Below are positions 48,519-64,000 of a stretch of DNA of 64,000 nucleotides, one piece after another; the stretch's first letter is position 1; each line of letters opens with the position of its first letter. Under the pieces are notes generated by a model. That model was not told the DNA's origin. It did not search any database and saw only the letters and a program-made list of their open reading frames with translations. The position numbers and the translations under genes are program-made. Source of the DNA: Chrysomallon squamiferum (taxonomy: Eukaryota > Animalia > Mollusca); NCBI GenBank assembly GCA_012295275.1, contig CM022669.1, forward strand, positions 14,136,001 through 14,200,000, given 5' to 3'.

Positions 48519-49408
48519 CATATTTATTTATTATGTTATTATTATTTATAAATTGTTTATTATGCCAGTGCATTCTTTAATTCTTAAATACACACACACA
48601 CACACAGATTTGTATGCACACGATATATTCGTAGTAATGAAATATAATTTTTTTTTCACCTGGTTAATGGTTTTACGAAAAACTGCGATGGACACTGAAA
48701 GTTCTTTACCATTCCTTACTAATGTTCTAATCTCCTCAGCTACTCTCGAGAGTTGTAAAATGGTGGAGTGGTTATCGGAGGACACTCTCATTTCTAACAA
48801 CATCATCAAACGCGTGTGGCCTGCGTCGCAGCGTGACGCACTCTTCTGGTCTCACATTCGCCACATCAATGCAGAGCACGAGGATGAGCACGACAGTTGG
48901 ATTGTTGTAAACTGCTCGACTGAACACCCCAACTGCCCTGTAAGTAGCATTATTTATAAATAAAAAAACAAACAAAAACAAAACTTTTATGGATCGTATG
49001 ATATGTTCATGCATGAAAGGTTCCCGTTATAATACCACCGAAATTAAAAACAAAAGATTATATTCTCAACCAGAATCTTTGTGATAAATTACATTCCCAG
49101 AAAAGGATGCTTGTGAAAACAAGAGTAAGTAAATGTTCCATGATTTATTATGTTTTAATATATTATATATATATATATATACACATACATAAACAATGTT
49201 TGGCTGTGCATATTAGTATTTATAGATAAAAGAAATTACTATAGAAATTTTGAATGTTAATAAATTACATAAATATTTTAATTCATATATTTAAGAATAT
49301 TTCGGTTCATATAAAATATCTTGTATTGATATTTGTTCGTCTAACATTGTTTTATTATGTTTGTTTTATTTATTTTACTTTATTTCTTTATTTTTTAATT
49401 ATTATTAT

Positions 49409-49439
<31 letters not shown>

Positions 49440-50090
49440 TTTTTTTACAATAATACATTAAGTTGGTTTAAATTGTATTGTTTTTTTGTATTTTTAATCT
49501 TTAAAACTATTTTATTCTAATTTTCTTTTAGTTATTATTTTAAAGTTATAAAATATCTCGTTTTTTCATTTGTTATAAATGTGTGTGGATATATGGATAT
49601 GGATGAAAATACACACTCACACACATTAACAGACACAGACACAAGCTATTAGTTTTAAATAAAACGTGTTGTATTGCAGGCTGGTAAATACGTAAGAATC
49701 ACAATGAACGTGGCTCTGGTTGGTCAAACAGTAATTGAGCCCCCTGCTGATGGAAATATCACCAGAGATAACATCTCCTGTAAAGTGTCTTACCAAGCAG
49801 ATGGTAAGTTTTTGTTTTTTTTACATCCTTGTTATTATAACTCAAACATTTTTCTAATGACGACGGACTGTAGTTAAACATTTTTTTTACAAAAAAAAAA
49901 GAAAAGAGAAAACCCTCAACAACGCTGAATAATGATTTTTTATTTCTTTCTTCACCTAACAGTTAACCCTGGAGGGTGGGCACCTGCTTCAGTCCTCAGA
50001 GCCGTGTACAAGAGAGAGTACCCGAAGTTCATCAAAAGGTTTACTCAGTATGTCAAGGACAAGACTGCAGATAAGGAAATCCTCTTCTAG
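42363..50090 (+). CDS. CERT1: Ceramide transfer protein (PH - serine-repeat motif - coiled coil - FFAT - START), 593 aa
   Basis: 14 exons with matching phases: 42363-42593, 42937-43053, 43470-43577, 44402-44534, 44944-45054, 45801-45955, 46453-46539, 46666-46752, 47107-47175, 47642-47809, 48245-48308, 48740-48939, 49680-49803, 49963-50090 (1782 nt). Diagnostic peptides: [104 protein letters not shown]. Confidence 0.97.
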
Positions 50091-50199
50091 TTTTTTTTAT
50101 CGGTTTTTTAGAAGCAAAAAATCGACTCCGAGCGTAAATGTCCTCATTACAGTCCATTCATCTGGCAGATTCCATGCTGTACCGGACTGTTTGCATCTA

Positions 50200-51100
50200 G
50201 ACATTTGATGTGTGTTCTGACAGTATACATTATACTGCAAACATTCTGACAGCATATGTCATATAGTATGTTTATTCTGACAGTATGTTTTACCGTATGT
50301 GTATTCTGACAGTATATGTTATACTGTATACATCCTGACAATGCTTTAAACACTATACATTCTGACAGTATACATTTTACTTTATGTGTATTCTGAAAAT
50401 TCTGCTGGGAATAAATATATCTATTTGTACACCGTGTACATCATAAAACAAAATCTGTGTGCATACTGATATTATTGCTTTTTGATAGCCAGTGTAAATT
50501 ATCTTCACACTTTCTGAATACTTGGAGGTAAATGTCATTTATGTTGACTCTGTTTATGCCAACAGTATATTATGCTGGATGTAAATGTATTTTAAGATTG
50601 TAGTTACATGAGTATTTGCATTATGACAGTAAAGTTTTATTTATCTCTGATGTGTGTGAATTCTGAAAGTATGTATCATGCTGGATATAAATAATCTCTA
50701 CATAGACTGTATATTCACTCTGACAGTATGCAGTTCACTTTTTTGTTAATGTTACTTATGTCAGCAGTATGTATTTTCTGAGAGTACACTTTGATAATAA
50801 TTCGTCTACACTGACAGTATGTTCATTCTGACAGTATACAGTATACTTCTGTGTAAATGTCATTTACATTGACAACATGTTCTCCTGACAGTATACTGAC
50901 AGTATACAGTATACTACTGTGTAAATGTCATTTACATTGACAACATGTTCTACTGACAGCATACAGAATACTTCTATGTAAATGTCATTTATGTGCATTC
51001 TGTCAGTACACATCATGCTGGATGTAAATGTATTTTAAACGTAACAACAAGTTTAGACTAAGATGGTAAACGTTATTCTCACAGTAAATGCTGTTAGTAA
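50200..51100. repeat. Degenerate CTGACAGTAT-containing tandem repeats in the CERT1 3' UTR
   Basis: More than 12 copies of (TT)CTGACAG(T/C)AT, at about 30-33 bp spacing early on, plus duplicated TGTAAATGTCATTTACATTGACAACATGTTCT blocks at 50853-50950. Confidence 0.8.
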
Positions 51101-52065
51101 TAAATATAAGTATACATTAATAACATGTTGTTAGCATACCTGTCAGACACTCACTGGCTATTTTTATAGAAATGTTGTAACTAATTTCTGCAGTATTGGT
51201 GGCGTAAGATGAAAATATTACTTAAACATTATTCTGATGTAGTGATGTGTAAATTTAAAAAAAATAATAATTTATTATTTTTTATTAATGTTAGACATTA
51301 TTTCAATTATTATTGTTATTATTATAAAGATTTCTGATTTTTCACTGATATTACTCATCAAGATGTTCATTTTGTGTACAAAGACCAAGAAATTCCGTCT
51401 ATTTTCTAATTTGATATTTTTGAAAAAACAGAAAACTTTTCTCTAATTTTTATTGTTTCAATAAATGATAACAATAATTAATGTATTTTTATATTATTCA
51501 TGTTACGTTTTGTCTGTTCAGTGTGTTTGGGGGAAAAAAAAATAATCAACTGAAGCTCATTATAGTTATTAGAAAATACAAACAGGTTAATTAATATTGG
51601 TGTCAGCAGTTTAAAATAAAATTTTGAAATTTAATTTTTTCAAAATTTAATTTAAGAAACATAATAATATCTATGTTGTGTTTCTGTAAGTTATGTAAAT
51701 ATAGTTCATAAAACCATAATTCTTTTTATAAAATAATTATTTTTTTCATTTTCTATTAAACGTGTGTAATGGTGATTATATTTTGCTATTAAGATATTTT
51801 TATATGCTTTTTCTTTCAGTTTAAATTTGTCTGAGTCTGATTACTACTGTTATAATTTTTTGTTATGTTCTATGTCTTTTGTCCTTTTTTTCTGTGTTTG
51901 TTTTATATAGGGAATCAAATGTACATACATTTTTTTTCAAATGTTTTAATCTTAATTCAACTTGTTAAATTTTAAAAAAATTGAAAATGATTAATTTTAA
52001 TACCTGTCTTTAAATTTAGGTTGTGTGTATCTGGGAATATGTTTTGAAATAAATTAAATCCTAAT

Positions 52066-52140
<75 letters not shown>

Positions 52141-55100
52141 AAAGTCATTGGGATTGCAATATTTTTACTAAATATCAGTGAATGCTCAAAGTAGATTCAG
52201 ATTTTTTTAAATGTTATGTACTAAATGTAGTTAAATAAATGTAGATGTATGTATGTGTTAATTAACAGTGAGCGGTTGTTTTTTTTTGTTTTTTTTCAAA
52301 GTAATAAGGCTTAATAATTTGAGTTTTAATATTGAAAAAAGAAGCAAAATTAAGACTAATTATTAAAAAAAAAAAAAAAAATGTTTTTAAAGTTATTTCA
52401 TTATACACATCTGTTGTTGAATATATTTGCATATTGTCATTGTGTTTACTTTATATTAATTTCAAAATTATTATTATTGACCAAATAAGATTCTTTCATT
52501 TTTTTATTTTTTTTATTTTTATTTTTTTGATTATAGACAAGTTATCTGTAGATTTGAAACAATTTTTTTTGCAATTATTCTATGTTCTTTAAAAAAAAAA
52601 AAAAAATAATAATAATAATATCCAATGTGAAGGAGATTATTATAATTAAGTTTACTTTTAATGCCTTAATTTTATTATAATAGTTTCTTATTAATGTTAA
52701 ATTATTTTAATACTAAGTCTGTGTTATGTCCTAACTTTAATTTGTACATACATACTGTGTTATTAAATACATATATAGATTAGATTGATGTGAAATGGGC
52801 AGTTCTCACTGTATAACATTTGAATTAAGTACAATGTTAATAGTTTCTTATTTATTAAAAAAAATATGATTTTAATTTCACTTAATTATGTTAGGTTTTT
52901 TTCAGTCTGTTGTTGTTACAAAATGAATATACTGCTGATGGAGCAATTTTTTTTTCATTCTTATTTTGCTAAAAGATTATACTAAAAAAAAAATTCTCTC
53001 TGATGTATGCATGTTTCTTTGTGTGTGTGTGGAAAAATAAAAACCTTTTATCATACCTTAATAGTTATGTATGTAAGACATGTTAAGTATCTTCACAAAG
53101 TTCAAATAAAAAGTTCAGATATATAAATTTTATATTGTTGGTGTTGCAGTTTAAGCAAGGCCAAAAGCTAGATACATAGAAAATGCATTTTAGGTATTGT
53201 CTGTTTCATACAGCTTTTTGGTTCATGCAGTAAGTTTATGTCAGTGAACATTCAAAGTGTACTTAGGACATATTTTTATCATCAAATTGTTGAACAGAAT
53301 TCATACTGATAATATGGACCAGTGAAATATTTTCATATACAGTAGAGTGCATTCATTAAAAAGAATGTAAAATAAAATAAATTTGTTTACCACTGCATTA
53401 AGTAAATTCAGAGTCTTTGTAGAATAAATGTTTTTGTTCCTTTTAAAATCTATTTTAGTTTTGGAATATTTCTTAAATAAACTGATTTATTATAGGCCAG
53501 TATATATTTGTTGTTGTACAATATATATATATATATTCTTAAGTTATGACTGAGAAATATTCACATCATATCTGTTTATATTTAGTTTCCTGGATTGAAA
53601 ATTTAACTTAAAAACAAAAGAAAAGATGGGTATAATAAAAGTAATGATTATGTAATAATAAAGGTTTTTTTTTTTTGTGTTTTTTAAAGTATACACAGAT
53701 GTATATAGTAATGTATTTAAACTAACTGGATTAATTCAAATTGTTATGACATTGTTACAAGTTGACTGTTATTTTTTATTTTATATCATCTAGTCATTGT
53801 AAATAAAAATTTCCCTTGAGTGGTGTTTTCACTAACAATGTTTGTGCTGATTAGCCAAACAGTAATTTAAACAAACATTTTTTTTTTTTTTTTACCCATT
53901 TTCTTTTAATATGAAAAAATAACAAGAAGAAATTAAACATTTACAACAAATCAAACTATTCAGATTACGTTGTTTAAAACAACAATTTTTTTATCTATAT
54001 TGAAAAATATTTATGATATATAATGAGATACAGCGAGTTTAAAAACTGAGAACTTTTTATTTTTATTTTATTTCATTATTTTTCTGTATTTAAAAAAGAA
54101 AGAAAATTAAAATGGCTGTATTTAGAATCTGTTATGTACAATAATACATTAATATGTCTTCAACTTTCTTTTTGTAGAAGCTGAAATATACATTTTATAA
54201 AAATATTTTTTTGAATGGAAGTAATGTCTTATTATTTATTAATACTACTTTTTTCTTTCTTTATTACTTTTTATTTTTAATGTTTATTTCATTTCTAAAT
54301 TACTGTTTTTATTATTTCTTTTCTTTATTCAAAACTCACCTTTCTTTTTGAAAAAAAAAGAAATTAAAGTTCATATTTTTTTGTTAGTATTCATTTATGC
54401 TTCAAATGATAATGTTTGTTGTGTTATCGACTGATGCAAAACATTTATATAAAATATTCAGCTTTAATAAGCAAATAACCATTCAACAGAATTTTTTATA
54501 TTGATGATGTAAATATGTTTTTGTTGTCACATTTTTGTGTTTTGCTATTTCTTTCCCCTTTTGATTGGAATACAATGTTTCAGTTGTTCATACTTGAATG
54601 TGTAAATAGTACATAATTTTTTCATATTTTCATTATTTACAACTGCTCAATATTCAGATAAATTTTCATACACCATCCATCACCAAACCAAACTTCTTTT
54701 TCTATCTCTTGAATTATTATTATTTTATTTTATTACGACTTTAAAAAAAAATTATTATTGAGTTTTATAAATTGTAAGATTATATTTGCAGTTTGTTGTT
54801 TTGTTGTATGTTTTTTTTCATTATTTGCCTTTTTTTCTCATTTATTCTTTGCCATTTATATTATTGTCTTTTGTTTTTTGGTGTGTGTGGGTTTTTTTCA
54901 AGACAAATTTCATCTTTGAAAACAGATTTCTAACATTTGTTACATCAGTTATTTTTAAACAAAGATTTTTATATATAAAAAAAACCCTAAAACAACAACA
55001 TCATTTTATAGGTGTAAAATTTTGTAAAAAGGATATTAAAAAATTTGGCTTATATTATTACAACAGTTATTTTAGTATTATTATTATTATTATTATAACC

Positions 55101-55847
55101 ACATCAGAGTAAAACTATAGTTTGATACTGTCATCTATGTATAAACAATGATATGTTTCTGATTTTATTGGATGTGCCATTTTCATGTATGATATTCATC
55201 TCAGTACTCACCTGAATGCCCTTTACTGCTGAAGATAAATTGTCTTTGTATCTGTAGAAATAGAAATTTCATGCTTTCACTTCAGTTCTTTTTTTTTTTT
55301 TTTTTTTCTTATAAAACATGTTACATAAATGTATCTATTTGAATACAGGCTTTGTGTATTTGCTTCAGTTCTTTCTGCTTTATTTATTTACTATTATTAT
55401 TATTATTATTATTTTTATTTTTTTAAAGTTTTTACAAAAAGCTGTTTAAATCCATAATCCATAAGGATCTCTAGATTTCATACTTTCCCTTCAATTTTCT
55501 TTATTTTATTTTGTTTTATTTTTATTTTTATTTTTATTAACATTATTATTATTTATTTTTATATTTATTTATTTTTTAAAGCATTTTAAATTTTATTTGT
55601 CTAGATGATTATTCTTCTTGAATGTTTTAAATTCCATAGTTCCTATTTTTCATCATTTCTTTTATATTTGAAACATAATTGTACAAAACTGAATATTTCT
55701 GAACCAGTTATTTTAACTGTCAATAGTTAAAAACCATGTCTCAGTGTCCTTAATTCTCAGTGACATGTTTATTGTCATATTTAGACTACATTTATTTCAC
55801 ATTTTGTTTGGGTTTCTTTAATACTTCATTACTGTTATTAATATTCC

Positions 55848-55896
<49 letters not shown>

Positions 55897-58589
55897 TTAT
55901 TATTATTATTTTTTATTATTATTTATTTTTTTATTTATTATTTTTAATTTTTTTTTTTTATTATCATCATCATTCTTCTTCTTCTTCTTACTGTTATTAT
56001 GCAATTCAGAACTGAAGTCAAACTAATAAAAAACTTTGCTGTTGTGAAAGTCATGGATATTAACTCATTTAGACATCTAAAAATGACTGTTAGCCTGACT
56101 TACTTGTAACAGAAATAACTGCCCAATTCAAGTTTAAACTTGCAAGCTATTAACAGTTATTTCTGTTACATTGCTACAGCATGGCCTTCACTTCATCTTT
56201 ATACAGTATATTTATCCAGTCAACAGCTTTACTTCTTAAAGAGCTGTTCAGTGTTTCAGTATTAATGTTTTTCATTTGCTTACCTGATAATTCGTTTTGT
56301 TGCTTTTGCTGTTGTTTATGTGATGTTCATTTGGAAACATCTGCTCATTGTATAAAGATTGCATTTCTTGAGAAAACTTGTTATTATTGATGTTATATAA
56401 TTAATAAATAATTTTAAAAAATACAAATATATATATATCTATATATATATATATATAAATTTATGTTAATAAAGATATGTGGCTCATATTGTAAAATAAA
56501 TAAAAAAATAAAAAATTGTTTTTCATTAAATTTAGTTTTTTCTTTCTTAAAGTGTGTGTGAGGGAGGGAGGTTGTTTAGATACTTGAGTTGCAAATAATT
56601 CGAATGCTTCAAATATTTAAAACTTTTTATTACAACACATTAACATTTGTAAATCACAGATTCTACATAATAGTAACACTGAAAGATAAAAATAGTATTT
56701 ATATATATTTTAAAACCTTTATTACAACATGTTCTGCATAATACTAATACTTGAAGACAAACGATCATTTTGAATTATGCATTATTATTCAGTAATTCTA
56801 TTTTTTACAATATCAATTTAATTTTTTTTTTTTTTTTATATAAATAAAATATTTATATTAAAAATAATAATAATTTTAAGAAAAATATGAAGGTTTAAGA
56901 AAAACATTCAGTACTGTGAATATGTGATATAATTCTTTCACAGTCAACATTGAATTAAAATGTTATTTCACTGTAACAGCTTGAATTAAAATTATATTTC
57001 ACTGTAACAGCTTGTAATTCAGCATTAAAAATAACCATAAAAAATTATTTTGAAATAACAGATAACTAGACAACAAGTGATTCTGTCATTTTTATTATTA
57101 TCACCATCATCATCATTACTATAATAGTACAAAAGGATTTAACTGTCAACTTTTGTAACATTACAATAGAATAAATACTTCAATATATAATAATTAGCAT
57201 AAAAAAAAAAGAAGCAAAATTTGACACACACACACACGCACACATACACACACTATAGGTAAATATTTTTATTCAGCAGTTACATTTTTCATGTATAAAA
57301 AAACAATTTGTATACTGTAAATTGACAATACTTATATGAAATACATGCACATATTTATTTTAAAATTTAGCATTTTTCAGCAGTTTCAATTTAAATAAGG
57401 GTCATATACTCTCATATAAAGAATAAAATAGTACATGTAAGTTAAAAATTAGGCCATATAACATATTCTTCATTAAAAAGGTATAGAAAAAATACAAGTA
57501 TGCACACAAACAGACACTCAGACACACATTTCAACAATAATTAATTTGGAAACTAACTCGGTCACATTTATATATATATATATATATATATCTATATATC
57601 TATATTAAAAATATATATATTAAAAAATGAATGCGGTCACTGGTATTTTTGCATATATGGATGCTGCATCATATTTTTGTTTACATATAAATATATGATA
57701 TGAACTGTTAAATATAATTTTTTTTTTTTTTTTTTTTTTTTTAAATGCAGTAACAAAGATGGTAATGGAATTTCTAAGAAACAGTAAAAACCAAGATGGT
57801 TAAAACATGGCAGAGATGTTAACTATGCTGATATGTTTGTGTTATTAAAAAAAAAAAAAAATAATAATAACGATAATAAAACAATCTGTTTGGAGGAGCC
57901 ATGTATGGTTTTAGTTTTGCTATATACCATTCATGCATTCAAATGAATAACAAATCCACTCCAGAGCCCCTGACCTTGACCTTGACCTTGTCCCTGCCCC
58001 TGCCCCACCCACTCAGTCAACATCACTTCATGTATCCACAAGAGTAAAAAAATAAGCCAAAAAAAAAAAAAAAAAAAAAAAATCTTAATACAAACATTTA
58101 ATTCATACTTTTTAGATACTGTTCTGTTAGTTAAACATTTATTTGCTAAAGGCACTTTGCCATATTTGTTGAATAATTTGACAGTGTTGGTCAATGCAGT
58201 CTGCAGATTTCATAATAATTCTTACAGATTTGTGCTAGTTTCTGATTCAGATTAATAACAAATCCATTCCTGGTTAGTTTTTTGGGATTTTTTTTTTTTT
58301 TGCACCAAGATGTGTAATTTTTGTATCGTAATTTATTTAATCTTCGAAATGATGCCATTACAACAATTCCTACTTTTCTGAAATTCCAGGTCACATTTAT
58401 TTACAAACAAGCAAAAAAAACACAAAAAAACAACAAAAAATATGCAACAAATAAACAAAAAAATCAACAAAAAACAATCACTATAATAAGGATAGGAACA
58501 TTGATGACTGACAAAAACATACAGAGATTAGCATCCAAAAAAAGATATGCATGAATTTACCAAGAAAACAATAATAAAACTTCAATATT

Positions 58590-59290
58590 ATGCAAAGAAA
58601 ATTTCCTTTACAAATATTCACTGTAAGTCCATAAATGGTAGGCTTGTTCTTCTAAGTATTATTAGTATATAAATGCTCACAATAACAAAAGTTCAATATT
58701 AAGCACAGAAAATTTCCTTTACAAATATTCACTGTAAGTCCATTAATGGTAGGCTTGTATTTTAACATATTATAAACATATATATTAACACTAACAAAAA
58801 ATTCAGTATTATGCATAGAAAATCTGCTTTACAAATATTAACTCTACCTCCATAGAGTGTAGGCTTGTACCTCTCTATATCTAATAAACATCCTCGCAAA
58901 TGGGTGAAAGATTCTTGCAACAAAATTAAAAACTCCATAATCACTCACTCATCATTCACTTTCTTAATATAAACACAATTATGTACACTAATATTACAAA
59001 AATTTCACAAGCATGAATACAAAATGTCCTTTACTGTAAGTCCAAAAAAATAGAAAGAATTTGATTCGTTATAATATTGTGTGTATAATGGGTAGATCAC
59101 ATATATATATATATACAGCAAAGTAATACAAGTATTTTGGTTTTTAAGAACAAACGGACATATGGATGTACAGACACGTGGAAAATGTGTATGTATAATG
59201 AGTACATCATGCACACAGTGTTGATAATACAAGTGTGTAATACAAGTGTTTTTAAGAACAAACGGATGTGTGGATGTACAGATGCACGGA
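58590..59290. repeat. Tandem repeats of about 110 bp in the 3' region of the SH2 gene
   Basis: AGAAAATTTCCTTTACAAATATTCACTGTAAGTCCAT.AATGGTAGGCTTGT at about 58596, 58707 and 58817 (diverged), with a partial copy near 59020. A second duplicated block, TAATACAAGT..TTTTTAAGAACAAACGGA, is at about 59124 and 59238. Confidence 0.85.
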
Positions 59291-59298
59291 TGTGAGAA

Positions 59299-62884
<3,586 letters not shown>

Positions 62885-64000
62885 CTGAATAAAATATAAA
62901 CATTTTCAATAATTAAACTGTGTATAATTTAATACTAGATAAAGAAAACAGCAATGACAATTTAAAAATATATATATAATTAATTAAAACATTTCTGCAT
63001 AATTTAAAAGAATTTTTTTAAACAATTTAAAAAATAAAATTTTTAATAATTAAAACATTACTTATGCATAATTAAAATAATAAAATTTTTAAAAATTAAA
63101 AAACAACATTTTTAATAAATAAAATACTAGTTATGCATAATTTAAAAGATAAAATTTATGATAAAATGTATATTTGTATAATTTAAAAGCCAAAATTATT
63201 AATCATTAATATTAATAAACTGTAATTTAAGAATTGACCTAGATAATAGCAGCAATGAAAGCTCAAAACTGATGAAGATGCAAACAAATAAAAACAGATA
63301 TCATACTTTAAGAAATTAAAAAAATATTTAAAAAAAAAAAATTCTTCACAATATGGAGTGAATTATTCACTGAACTCTTGTAAGTGCCTTTGCTTATCAA
63401 CAATTCATACTGAAGAATTATTTTCCAAAAGCTATATCTAAATTGTAAGCAATTTTACATTTGAAACATACTAATGATTAAAAATTAAACATAAAAGGCC
63501 AAGGACACTTTATTTTTGTATTATTTTTATTTTTAATCTATTTGAAGTTTTAGGTACTTTCTCCAGACAAATTTGTTTTGCATTACAGTCATTGCATGTC
63601 GAAAATTATGCTGAACATCATAAGGTAAGAAATACATTTATAATATATGGAATAATTCTATGTTGTTATTATTGTTAAATACAATGAAATTGTTTGTGTG
63701 GAACTTTGGTCTGATCATAATACGTATACTCAATCAAAGTTGCTGCTTCTAATATTTTTGATATTGTTAAAAATAATTAAACTTTGAATGAAATTATCTA
63801 CAAAATTACCTTCCCCAAAAAAAAAAAAAATAATAATAATAAAAATAAATAAATAAATAAATATCCATCTACCTAATATTTTTAATAAGTACTATAGAGT
63901 ACAAACAATAAAAATTTGTTAATTATGTACAGAAAATAACAAAACAACAAAATAGTAATAAAAATAATAATAAAATAAATGAAACTAAAATAAATAAATA

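Noticed and set aside
57968-58005. (TGACCT)3 nuclear-receptor half-site array / GQGQ ORF
   Set aside because: Short hexamer slippage repeat in presumptive 3' UTR; no supporting context.

Overview
AT-rich, microsatellite-dense eukaryotic (animal) genomic DNA with compact GT-AG introns. A gastropod mollusc is my best guess, based on a SINE-like relic recognised from memory. Five spliced protein-coding genes were reconstructed by hand with consistent splice phases. (1) Minus strand, 3'-truncated: an unknown protein whose 2.8-kb first coding exon carries a TPE/PE pentapeptide array and a 1-nt frame break (1-3404). (2) Minus strand: an unnamed coiled-coil protein of about 760 aa. All 19 modelled introns are phase 1, the N-terminal exon is triplicated, and a duplicated 3-exon module carries CaM-target-like helices (8542-22738). 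(3) Minus strand: a divergent VGLUT-like SLC17 transporter, 11 coding exons, 506 aa (27160-35715). (4) Plus strand: ceramide transfer protein CERT1/COL4A3BP, 14 exons, 593 aa (42363-50090). (5) Minus strand, 5'-truncated: an SH2D4/SH2D7/HSH2D-type SH2 adaptor with five YxxL motifs and two SH3 ligands (59299-62884). The SLC17-CERT intergenic region is a triplicated composite repeat of about 1.5 kb. It contains a hAT-type MITE whose empty site survives in a sister copy, and a SINE-derived 59-bp minisatellite. No rRNA, tRNA or CRISPR array was found. Most ORFs in the supplied track are microsatellite or antisense artefacts. All gene models are manual and unverified by transcript data or database searches.
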